In this document: piece by piece, positions 30,735 to 41,516 of the stretch
Position numbering within the stretch: the first letter of the stretch is position 1
Layout of the letters: each line of letters starts with the position of its first letter
Assembly (NCBI GenBank): GCA_004431415.1
Contig: QPMI01000427.1
Span: forward strand, 1-64,000
Direction of reading: 5' to 3'
Source of the DNA: Cyanophora paradoxa CCMP329
Lineage: Eukaryota; Plantae; Glaucophyta
DNA: 64,000 nucleotides
Translations under genes and position numbers: made by a program
The notes under the pieces: model-generated
Told to the model about the DNA's origin: nothing
What the model saw: only the letters and a program-made list of their open reading frames with translations
The model's database searches: none

Positions 30735-31038
30735 GCATGTATCTTGCATAGTGGGCGGGGCGCACTGTTTCACACTAAGGTCAATCGATTTTCATAGAGT
30801 CTCAGACTGATAACAATAAGATAAATAATAAACTACTTTATAATTAATAAAAACTACTTTAAACTACTCAACTACCTATGTTAAACTACGCAAATTAATA
30901 CCGCAAACTACGCTTTTAATACCAAAACTACGCAACTACGCAACTTTTTCACTTTTCTAATTTTTTTCCCCCCCTACTCTCAAACTTTTTCAGAAAGTTG
31001 CGTAGTTGCGTAGTTTTGGTATTAAATGTGTAGTTTTC
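30735..31038 (-). repeat. Right terminal inverted repeat (matched part)
   Basis: Reverse complement of 7526-7829. Contains the 32-bp iteron palindrome (30916-30947 / 30994-31025). GCGTAGTT motifs continue beyond 31038. Confidence 0.92.
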
Positions 31039-31122
31039 GGTATTAAAAGCGATCAGATTGCGTAGTTTTCATGCGTAGTTAATTACAGTCGCGTAGTTTC
31101 AGTGCGTAGCCGCTCAGTTTCA

Positions 31123-31200
31123 GTGCGAAACTAATGCATTTAAGTGCGAAACTCACACATTTACGTGCGAAACTCATGCATTTACGTGCGAAACTGATGC
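31123..31200 (+). repeat. 21-bp tandem repeat (about 4 copies)
   Basis: GTGCGAAACTnATGCATTTAm units start at 31123, 31144, 31165 and 31186. Confidence 0.85.
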
Positions 31201-31318
31201 CTAATTGCGTAGTTGGGCACACTCTCGATGCGCGCGAACGTTTCATGCAGCACATAGTAGTTGTTTTTTGATGAAACGGCGCGTGATCGTCGCTTTTATA
31301 TTGAAATTTCAGAACAAC

Positions 31319-31626
31319 ACACATATACAACGCCCGGCTTTTAGACTGAGGCAAGTTATAATTAAACTAAGTTGAGTCACACCTATACTATAATGAAACT
31401 CACGATATATATTAGTCTACTCATCGAGAATATACATATAGATCAAAGAAACTATACATATTTCACATATTTTATTAAAAAGAAGCTATAACCCACGATA
31501 AAATAAATACATATCATCGATAAATCACACACATATTCACGATAGATATATTATAAATACAGGTTATATACTAACGAGATCAATTTAAATAAGCCGAGGT
31601 CTAAAAGCCGGGCGTTGTATATGTGT
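31319..31626. mobile_element. MITE-like element or hairpin with 28-bp terminal inverted repeats
   Basis: acacatatacaacgcccggcttttagac (31319-31346) and its perfect reverse complement (31599-31626) enclose a very AT-rich non-coding core. Confidence 0.6.
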
Positions 31627-33002
31627 TACTTTTCAAATGTGACACCTCTAACAAGCACTAACAGCACGTACGAACGAAATTGTTCGCGTGAAGCCCGATC
31701 GCCATTGGCCGAAAAGCTCAATCGCCCCATTCACGGACAAGCGCAAATGTCATTGGCTTCCAGCTTGCTTCCCCTTCGCCGATGGAAATTGCAAAAAGCC
31801 TCTGTACCCGGCTGGTAGGCTGGAATCACCGCGGCCTTGCACGTGACTGAGCCGCGCGCGTCACGCGTCGCTTCGCTCAGCTGAGAGTCACTGCGCATGC
31901 AGCTGATATCGATATACGCGTACGTATACGAGACCGCCACGCGCGCGGCGCGCGCGGCGTGGCGCACCGTGGCGCCGGCACGAATCGCTGGCGCTAGCTA
32001 GACCAAGCTAGCTATAGAAGCTACGTATACTAGGGGGCGTAGTCCTCTCCGGGCTCAACAGCTGCAGCAGTATATATATATAATAACCGCGCGCGGTTGC
32101 GGGCCCCCGCGGCCGTACGCGTTTTAAAAACAAAGAGCGGCCACCCTCACGCCTTGAGTCCCCAAGACCCAAGGCCACTCCTGCTCCGCAGGGACTCGCT
32201 TGTTCCTTTGAAAGAGTGCCTCCAAGTCCAAGCAAGCATTCGCAATTTAGAGCGTAATTACATATATTCAAGGAGATGGGTGCGGCCGCCCAGCGGCGTT
32301 GCCGCGGCGCTAAAAAAACTCAACGCACCACCAGGCGCACATGGGTTGGCCACATGGGTTTTTTTGCAAAAGCGGACGTCGCATTGATACACCACGTGCA
32401 CGGCACATGTACATGTATCAATGTTCTATATATGTGACGTGCCCTTCCGACCGGTCATGATCAGCTATCTAGCCGTAGGTGCTAGCTAGGTGCCGGCCTT
32501 GGGTCGCTCAATATGGGAGGTTCTCCTGGGTGGGGGAGACATGGTTTTCGGTGATAGCCGTAGCCAGTCCCACGCGCCCGCCCCTCGATTATCTCCGCCA
32601 TCTCTCATGAGCCGGCGCCCTGGAAAAGAATAGTCCCACGTGCACAGTCCGCCGTCCGGCCTTGCCGCCTTTCGCCTCCGCCAACCCTCCGGTCCGCCCC
32701 TCCCCGGCCTCCGGCCTCCTCCTCACCTGCGCATGCGCCCCATGGCCAGGGCGCGGATTAGTCGGTGCCCTGTCTTGGCGAGGTGGAGGAGGTGGTAGGA
32801 GGAGGAGAGCCTCGGAGGAGGAAGGAGAGGGAGTGCGCATGCACGGAGGCAGTGGCGGGGGGCGGGCAGCGGATGCGGGGCGCGCGGGGCAGGGAAGGGC
32901 GCGGGGATAGCTTCGTGTAGGGAGCGGGGGCAGTGACAGGCGGAACAGAGGGCTGGGAGCATAGAGGTAAGGCGGGTTGCGAGGGTCCGAGAGGGGTCGG
33001 CC

Positions 33003-33122
33003 GAGGCCGGGGAGGTGGCTGAAGCCGGGGGAGTGGCCGAAGCCGGGGGAGTGGCCGAAGCCAGCTGCAGGGGGGTGGCCGAAGCCGGAGGGGTGGCCGA
33101 AACCAAGGGGGTGGCCGAAGCC
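33003..33122 (+). repeat. 18-bp GC-rich minisatellite
   Basis: About 6 imperfect GGGGGAGTGGCCGAAGCC units. Confidence 0.8.
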
Positions 33123-34725
33123 CGTGGGATCGCAGGGGGTCGGGGGTCATTCGTGGTCTGGGGGGCCGGCTGGGTCGGGGGGAGCTCGAGGGGGGATTCG
33201 GCAGGCGGGGCATGGGTTGCAATTGTGGGGGCGTCGACGTCGGGCTCAGCAGGCGTCGTCAGGGCGGCGGCTGTCAGTACCGCAAGAGGTTAAAAAACGT
33301 TTGTACTCGCCGGGTGCAAATTTAAGGAGGGACGTGATGGTGGTTGTCCCGCGCGCGGGCATCATTCACCCTTTTTTATAAAATTAGTTGCGCGCTTGAT
33401 AATCTTACTGCCAGTTGCTGGCCGTTTGGCCGGGGGGGGGGGGGGGGGGGGAAGGGGGGGGGGGGAGCTTGGCCCATGGGTGGCCACATGCATATGGATG
33501 GAGGGGGAGAGGGAGGGGGAGGGGCCGGCGCCATGTTGCAAGGGGGAATAAGACCGACACGCTGCTCGTTGCAAATGGGGTTACGACACGTGTTTGTCGC
33601 TGCGCATGCGGGCGTTCACGCAAAAAGCGGTTTTTGAGGGGGAAGACCAGTTTTCTCTCTTTCGAAATCCATCTTCTCGTCTGTTCTCGACCGTTCGGAC
33701 AGCTCTCCTCTCCTCTCTCCAGTCTGCAGCTGCCGCAGTGCAGTGAGAGCTCGAGTCTCGAGCAGGTCGCTTGGCGGTCTGCAGGAGCTTGGGGAAAACC
33801 AACTTCTATCTCACTCTTCTAGGCTCTAGCTGTAGATCTGGGCTCTCCGGGCCTCTCCCTCGCGCGGCGCTGCGGTGTCACGCGGCGGTTTTGCATGGCA
33901 ACCACTTCTCCCAGCTGTCTCCTCTAAATTTTGCGCGGCCGTCCAGACTGTAGTCTCTTGCTGCGCTCAGCAAGCCGCCGACATCGCGTGCGCCGCAGAA
34001 CCGCGTGCGCTGGCCGAGCACGCCTGCTGGGCCGGGCGCTCTTGTTGCGCTCGGCACCTGGCCAGCAGACTAGTTCGCGTGCTGCGCACGACGTGCCGCT
34101 TGTCTCCTTAGTCTGCGCCCGGCCCCGCGTGTGCCCCGCGCGCGTTGCGCCGCGTGCACGTGCCTGCGCCGGCGCCCCCGCCGCCTGCATGCGCAGCTGC
34201 CACCCGGCCAGGGCACGGCCCCCGGGCGGGCCGCTGCACGCCGCTTCGGACAGCGCTCAGTTCGTATATTGCAATTGAGGTACTACTTGTACAATTGCCA
34301 TGAAGTGAAGGTTTCCTGATAGCAGGCGAACACACTTGCTCACAACAATGGCAGCAAAGATATTGGATTTCCTAGCAGCTAGTTTACAATCATTCGGTTA
34401 CGAATGATTGAGTGTATAAATGGTTGAAGAGAATATTGAGAAATAGAAGACTACTAAAGAGATCTAGAGACTACAAATGATTAGCTATGAATGCAGAAAG
34501 TCTGCAGCTGCTCTATATCTAAATCTACAGTATGAATGCGCTCATGCATCATATGCATGACAGACATAAGAGAAATCATGCTCATGCAGCTGCAAGGCAA
34601 ATGAATGGGAATATGAATCTGCATATGAATAATAAAAGAAGGGTAAGAGGGCGGCCTCCGCCATGCGGCACGTCCGCATTGGCGGCAAGGGTGCCCGCGC
34701 CCCAAAGACAAAGACAACGCCGGAA

Positions 34726-35718
34726 TCAAGCAGAAGGCGAAGAGGACGGCGAAGGCAAGGGAGACGGGATGTTCCCGGCGAGAACCATGGCGCTGGTGAG
34801 ACCGGGCCTCGCCGAACCCTGAATGTAGCGGCGATAGACCTGAGAATCCGGATGCCAATTGCAACGTCCGAAGGCGCGAATGACGTCGTCGGGAACACCA
34901 GCAGCTGCAAGAGCACAGGCCCCACCCCGGCGCAGGCTGTGCGTGGCGAAACCAGATTTGTCAATACCAGCGAGGTTGAGAAGCTGCTGAAGTGCGAAGC
35001 CGACAGACGCCGGAGAAAGGGCGACACTAGGATTGCGAAGCTGTCCAAAGACTACATCCACAGTAGGAGGCAGAGTGGCTAGATAAACACGAAGACGAAA
35101 AACAGGGCATAACACGTTGCCTGGCATAGCCGAAATAAAAAGCTCGTGACCAATCCGAGTCTGATCTGTTTTAGAGCGAGGGACGCGGAGGACCATGCCA
35201 TCTGGGCGGAAAGATATATGAGACCGCCGAATTTGCACAATCTCAGAGCGACGGAGGAGGCCAAAGAAACCGACGGTGATCATAGCAATAGAGCGACGAT
35301 GGGTCTGTGATGGAACACGATCGGAAGCTACCGCTAGCCGGCGAATATGTTCGACCGAGAGGACGGCCGCTGGGCGAGTGGGACCATCGCCTAGGACTCG
35401 GCGCAAGCCCGTGAGGACGTGCTGAATAAGCACTGAGCTGAAAACTGAGGTATCAAAGCGCAAGGTCTCACACTCATTACGAACTGCAGAAAAAGCTACA
35501 TTTATAGTTGAGAAGACGTAGTCATCGTCAGCAATATCGCACAAAAAACCGGATAGAACCTCAGCATCGACAGGAAAAGGTAGAACACCCAGCTGAATGC
35601 AGAACTGCCGAAAACGGCCAACCCACATTGCATATGCATCTCGCGTGGATGGGGCAAGATGCTGGTTTGCGTAGAACGTAATGCGAGCACAGATGTGGGC
35701 CCAACGAGCTGCATCCAC
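34726..35718 (-). CDS. Tyrosine recombinase of the DIRS-like element
   Basis: SAM-like N-terminus LAPSTRDAY; catalytic LLRRSEI, RSKTDQ, HSLRRGGA, GR(CN)W...VYRRY. Confidence 0.9.
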   Translation of the reverse strand: MDAARWAHICARITFYANQHLAPSTRDAYAMWVGRFRQFCIQLGVLPFPVDAEVLSGFLCDIADDDYVFSTINVAFSAVRNECETLRFDTSVFSSVLIQHVLTGLRRVLGDGPTRPAAVLSVEHIRRLAVASDRVPSQTHRRSIAMITVGFFGLLRRSEIVQIRRSHISFRPDGMVLRVPRSKTDQTRIGHELFISAMPGNVLCPVFRLRVYLATLPPTVDVVFGQLRNPSVALSPASVGFALQQLLNLAGIDKSGFATHSLRRGGACALAAAGVPDDVIRAFGRCNWHPDSQVYRRYIQGSARPGLTSAMVLAGNIPSPLPSPSSSPSA

Positions 35719-35793
35719 TGCAAGGTATGGTTAGAAGCATGAGAGTGTGCGCTCGATTGCATTTATAATTATTTGACACTAGTTTGGGGACAG

Positions 35794-37700
35794 CTAAAAC
35801 TGAACTAGAAAGGCGAGGAGCAGCCACTCAGGAAGAGCGGCACGAGTTGGACCGAAAAGGCATACTGTGTGGCCCCGACCAAGATGCAGAGGGGGCTCTA
35901 CAGCTGCAGCCTGCAAGATAGGCCACCATGGCTGCGAGGGCCAGTCGGGCACTACAACAATCATCCGAGCTCGATCGCGACAAGCCTGAGCATGACGAAC
36001 CACCCGCAGTAGGACTGCAGGGTCGGGGAAAACATAATTAAAATCACGAGACCAATCAACAGTGAAGCAGTCTACTGCCTCTGCAAGGCGGTCAAAAGGA
36101 TCAATGCTATTATAGCGAGGGACACGCGCAGAGGAAGCTAATGCCATCCGATCGACATCAGGCAAGCCATATCTGTTAACAATGCGACGGAAAACAGCAT
36201 CGGAAAGCTGATAGTCAGCAGGGGCAAACCAGCGACTAAGATAATCAGCGAAATTATTGATTTCTCCAGGTATCCACTCAGCATCCATGAAGGCACAATT
36301 CTGCAAGGCGAAACTCCAAATTTCCTTGGCAATTAACGTAAGCTCGGGGCTACGACCGCCACCATTAAGAATGTACTGCACTGCATTTGTGTTATCTGAG
36401 CGAACTAGTAAATTAACGTGCTGCAGGTAAGGACTGAAATGATGCAGAGCACGAATAATGGCGGTCATTTCACGCCATGCAGCCTGGCAGGCGTCTGGGC
36501 CGACTCTGCAGGAGTCCACTGTTGTTGGAATGAGAGGTCGCCAACCTCGGTGGTGACAAAACCACCAAGACCGATCTTGCTGGCATCCGTCGTAACAACG
36601 AAAATTCGCTCAGGCCGGATGGCACACCGCCCATTATAGCGGGCGAGATTTGCATGCCACCACAGAAGCTCCTCCTGGGCCTCCGGCGATACCACCGCCG
36701 GGGCATTCCACCGAAATTGTCGCTGGGTAATATCGATGTTGCGATAAATAGATCGAGTATGAATGCGAGCGGGTGCAATAGCTAAGGCCATTGACATAAG
36801 CACACCGACAATCGAAGCGAGTGTACGAGCTGACATCTGAAATTGAACGCCTCTAGCCTGGAATGACTGGATGCGCTTAGCTGCGTCCTTGAGCCGGTCC
36901 TGAAGCTTACTAAGCTTCTGCAGAGGGACCTCAAACATCATCGATGTGGAGTCTACAATAAACCCTAAAAATTCGACACGCTGTGCAGGCTCAAGGGCCG
37001 ATTTCTCATTAATGAATAAGTGCAGGTGGCGAAATAGATCGAGAATGAAATTGCGAAGATTAACAGCGGCCTGGTACGTGGGAGCCGCAAACCAGAAATC
37101 ATCTACATACGATACCACGGTAATACCGTGTGCGCGGAGAAATTTAATGACCTGACGTATGATCTTGGTGAATGCAAATGGGGCATGTGAGAGCCCGAAG
37201 GGTAAAACGGTATATTCGAAGAAAGTACTATCGTACTGGAAACCCAGGTACGAGAAATATTGCGGGTCTACCGGTACATGATGATATCCCGACTCGAGGT
37301 CGATAGTAAACATAAACCAGCCAGGTCGCAGCAAGGCGATGACCTCGCGCATATTTTCATAGCGAAAAGGGACAGGAGGAAGACCTCGATTTGTTGGGCG
37401 GCCATCCCAAATCAGCCTGAGCTTATCACCAGTCTTCTTTGGAACCGTAAATAGCGAGCAAACAATTTTCGGGGGCTTGGGGGCCACCCGAATAGCACCG
37501 GTACCGAGCAGCTTTTGGATTTCTGCCCGAATGAAAGTACTCTCACGAGGGCGCTGAGATTGACCAGCATTGTGATGTACGCTTGGAGGCAGATGCTCAA
37601 CGCCAGCAAGAGGGTAGCCGTTCTGAAGCCATGAAAGGATGTAATCACTTGTTCCGATTGCACGTCATGCCGCCAAGGCATCCGCTTCCGAGACAGCGAG
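35794..37700 (-). pseudogene. Reverse transcriptase-RNase H-methyltransferase-like polyprotein (frameshifted)
   Basis: ILSWLQNGYPL, EIQKLLGTGAI, KLRLIWDGR, IDLESGYHH, LPFGL, YVDDF (RT); TTDASKIG, WREMTA, SDNTNA, NNFADYLSR (RNase H); VDRMA...DCFTVDW...YVFPDP...VPDWPSQPWW (MT-like). Frameshift near 36485 and disruption near 37665. Confidence 0.9.
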
Positions 37701-39124
37701 CAGTAAAACCTGACAGAAAAAACAACAGCTCGCAATTAATAATGCACGAGAATGCAGGCTCGAGGCCGCACGCAAGGGGAGGGAATTATATAGAAAGCAG
37801 AACAGCATCCATATATTTAGGGAAGGTTGGGTGGGAGCAAGAAGCGAAGCTTGCTATCAAGCAACTCTGAAGAGAAGCTGCTGCAGCTGCAGCAATAGCT
37901 CACTGCTGCAGCTCTTAGGAAGCTCGTAGGACTTGTTGCAGGTGCAACAAGTACCCAAGAAGTACTTGTTGCGAAGCAACAAAGAGTGTGAAATTTATGT
38001 AACAATATACATTATTCGCGCTGTCCGAAGTCCGTTATACTACGTTCCTCGTATAACAACTATTGCCGCTCGTTACGGATCAGGCTTCTGTAAGCACCGG
38101 TACCGTCGCTCCGGATCTTCTAGCTGTTAGCATCGTCGCTTTCATTAGATCACGGTTCCCCCCTTGCACCCCCGCGGCCGGCGCGACAATCGCGGCCGGG
38201 CCACTAGTACTTAAGCTTATCGGGATCGATATCGGGATCGATATCATCGCGATCGGGTACGGGGCAGAGGGGAATGGTCATGGGGTTGAAGGCCTAGGGC
38301 GAGGGCGCGCCAAATGCACGCCCCAGGCCGCCTGCAGCTGGTGCGGAACACGGAGCCGCCAACCGTCGTCGCGATCTAGATCTGATCCTCCACCACGATG
38401 GCCAGCGCCTTCACTGATCATGAGTCAGCGCCGCCGCGCTCGGTACCTTTGTGTTTAATTTTCAGCCCTGGCACGACTGCGTTTTGCGGGGCGGGTGCGG
38501 CAGATCTAGACGCACCAGCGGAAATCGTGCGCGAAGGAACGCGCCCAGCGGGCGAAGGCAAATGGGTCCGCGTCCGCGCAGGGTACCCCGTCCGGCCACT
38601 GCCGATCGACCCGAAATTCAGGCGAGGGGAGACGGCGGGGAGGGGCGCGCCCTAGGCCTGCCTGATCGACTCGGCGAGGGCGTCGTACTTGGAGGAGCGG
38701 CGAGGTATCCCGAACGAGACGACGGGATCGGTGCGCTCGCGCCTGCGCGCGCGCGCGCGCGCGCGCGCAATTGGTCGCGATGGATCGGCGCGGGCGATGG
38801 CGACGCGCCTCAGATCTAGTTCAATCAATTATAATTATATCACGATCACGCACGAGCAGTTGGAGTAGGCAAAGGACGCCCACGCGGACTCCGCAAAGGC
38901 GAGGCACGCCCGCGGCGTCGCACACTGCGCCAGGGAGAAGCAACGTTAACGCGACTCGGTGACTTGGAGAGCCGCAAGTTGAATTGCTCGGAGCGGGTAT
39001 ATGTGTATCGGAGGACCGACCTGCCGTCTCAAGCCCGCCATTATTCCGTGGTAGTCGCTTAGCGTTACGTAGCACTGGCCATGGGAACGGCGTCAGCAAC
39101 GGCGTTAGTAACTCCTACTGAAAG

Positions 39125-40339
39125 CTAATTATAAGCACCGGCCGCTCCGATATCAAAAGCGCACCCGGTCGGGGTTGCACCGGTCGCGGTCAAGGTGGCG
39201 GAATGGGGCCGCGTCGCCGTTCTCGTCCTGGTACAGGACACCGCCGTGGGCGGCGTTCTCCCGATCAACGAGCTCGCCGGCCGACCCGACGAGCGCCTCG
39301 CCGACGCTGGCCGCCGCCGCGATCCAGTCGCGCTGCAGGGCAAGGGTTGGATGAGAGTAGGGGTTGACGTCGACCGTGGTCATACCTCATAGAAGTCGCG
39401 GTCCCCCGGTCGCCCGTGCCTGTCCAGGTCGTGCGGCTGGGGTAGAGGTGCCGGTCAATGTCGGAGGAACAGTCCCAGAAGGCCCTGAGGCCTAGAGACG
39501 TCGATTGCGAGACGTCGACGACCGCACCCAAAAAGGCGTGAACGACGAGTAGGTGAATGCTGTCGGCGTAAGCTCCCCCGTGGTAGGGCCCATCTGCACG
39601 CAAAGATAAGAGGTGAATAATTCAGCAAAGCGTGACAAAGCTTTGAAGCTGCAGCAAGCTGGAAGGGGACTCGAAGGAAAGGGTGCATGCGCACCGCATC
39701 GAGCTTCCGGAGGGTATGGCAGGCCGACATGGCAAGATCGTAGACGCCTGCGGGGCCGCGTTGGGTTGGGCCGGAGGGTCGGGGGGGGGGGGAAGAGGGG
39801 GTACGAACACAAGAAGAGGTCCCCTTCGAAGCCGCGGAGGACGAGTGCGAGCCGCTGGGACGCCGGGACGCTCTCGACACTGTACCCCGGAAGCGCGGCG
39901 GCATACAAGAGCTCGGAGGCACCCGCCGCGCTGTTGAGGTACACGCCTGCGAGGAGTACCGATCAGCCCGCGCGGCCCAGGCAGGGGTGCGCCGGATACA
40001 GGGACCTTGAACGAAGCTTAAAAAATTTAGTGCCACACTGCCCGGCTCGGGTGCAGTGGTAGGAAACGCGTACGCACCGTTTACAGCGGCGAGGCCGGCG
40101 GAAAAGAGGTGCGATAGGGCCACGAGGAGAGCTACCAGGAGGCCCAGGCCTAGGCGCGCCCGACGATCGCGCACGGCGGCGCCGCGGCCGTCATGAGGCG
40201 GCTTCTTCGTTCGTACGCTCACAATCGCCCAAGCGCGAGCGGCCGCTGCGCGATCGCGAGACGGACTCGTTAATCTTGGAGGGCCTGCGGCCTGCTGCTG
40301 GCGCCGGCGCGGCCCGCGGCCGCGGGGAACGCCGGACAT
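39125..40339 (-). other. Possible intron-containing or degraded host gene with an N-terminal membrane anchor
   Basis: Protein-like fragments in several minus-strand frames (LGLGLLVALLVALSHLF; YLNSAAGASELLYAAALPGY; LRAFWDCSSDIDRHLYP); no family recognised. Confidence 0.3.
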
Positions 40340-41516
40340 GGCGCACCTTGACCCGCGGCTAGCGCTGCAGCTGCCGCGCTTGCATCGGGCGAGGCGCCGG
40401 TCCCAGCCTGCGCGGAGGGGCTCCCGCGGCCGCGGATGCACACGGCTCCTCGGCGGCACTCTCCAGATCCGCGCGCCGCGCTCAGAGACACCGCGCTGGC
40501 GCGATTTCGAGCACGCGCGAGCTCGAGCCGCCTCGACCTCGCGCACCCCGAGTCGCCGCCGGCCGCGCGCCCCCGCGCGCTCCGCTAACGAGCGGGGCTC
40601 GCTGCGATCGTCGTCTCTGGCGCGCCGCGCCCACCGAGACCCCGCATGCTGATGCGCCGCTGCCGGTGCCGCGGCCGGTGCTTTCGATATCGGTTGCTCG
40701 CCCGCCACATCGACATCCGCCATCGGCGCCACCGCCATGTCGATGATGTCGCCCTAATCGCGCACTAGCCAGCTATAGACGAGTGCATGTGGATTCGCTC
40801 GAGCTCGTCGTCCTCCGGGCGTCGACGTCAGTTGCAAGTTAAAAACGTTGCAACTAGCTACTTACAAGCTGCGCGCCGGCGCCGGCGCCAGCTCGCCCCG
40901 CGCGCAGATCTGGAGATCTAGCTATATAGGCGCGCGCTCTTCTAGTGCTGCCGCACTGCTGCGCCGCCTGCGGCGCCTAGGCCTGCGCATGCGCAGCTGC
41001 TCGTCGTCAGCGCGCGGCTCGCCGCCAATCGCGAGTCGCCTCGAGCGGGCTCGGACTCGGAGCAGCCTCGCAGGAGGCTGCCAGGAGCCGCCGCGCCAAG
41101 TCGGAGGTTGCTGCGGCGGTCCGCCACGGGACCGCCGGCGAACCGGCGCGCGGATACTCCGGCTTCAAGCTTCAAGCTGACGGCTTCAGGCCGACGGCTT
41201 TAAGCCGCGCAGAACACTCGTACCCTGGTCAAACAGCAAATCCAAACCGAGAGCCCGGAGCTCGGCGAGATGCGCTGAGATCGGTTGGGAGATGCATAAG
41301 AAAGCGCTTCCGCGTCCTCCGCGCGCCCTGCACGTCCGTAGCTAAGAGAAAGCTCGCCTCTCCGCCGGGCTAGCCTCGGAGCGCAGCGCAGCGCCAGCTA
41401 AAGCCGAGAACCTGCTGCAGTCGAGCCTTGTGACGCCCCGGGCCGCCGTGCGGCCGGCTCCAGTTTAGGACAGCGCGGAGGGCACGACCCAGGGCGGTGC
41501 ACACGATCTAGGCACC

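Larger units (their letters stand above)
7526..31300. mobile_element. Endogenous Polinton-like virus element B (about 24 kb, near complete)
   Basis: Integrase, pPolB, primase-helicase, packaging ATPase, capsid-like and fibre genes bracketed by a 304-bp inverted repeat. The right end is approximate and no TSD was found. Confidence 0.9.
34660..37760 (-). mobile_element. DIRS-like tyrosine-recombinase retrotransposon, decayed
   Basis: RT, RNase H, methyltransferase-like domain and YR in the DIRS order. No gag or termini recognised; boundaries approximate. Confidence 0.88.

Noticed and set aside
7515-31050. Target-site duplication around the 304-bp inverted repeat
   Set aside because: Flanks (gaagtg versus ggtatt) do not match and the right repeat pattern continues outward, so these are not both true termini.
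1-31300. Bacterial prophage or plasmid
   Set aside because: rve integrase, Polinton-type pPolB, A32 ATPase and jelly-roll capsid genes, no obvious Shine-Dalgarno pattern, and intron-rich flanks point to a eukaryotic PLV.
32723-33293. Pro/Ala/Ser/Thr repeat protein
   Set aside because: The translation simply reflects an 18-bp minisatellite; no supporting gene structure.
33275-33295. piggyBac-like end (..AAGAGG-TTAA)
   Set aside because: No matching opposite terminus or transposase found in the window.
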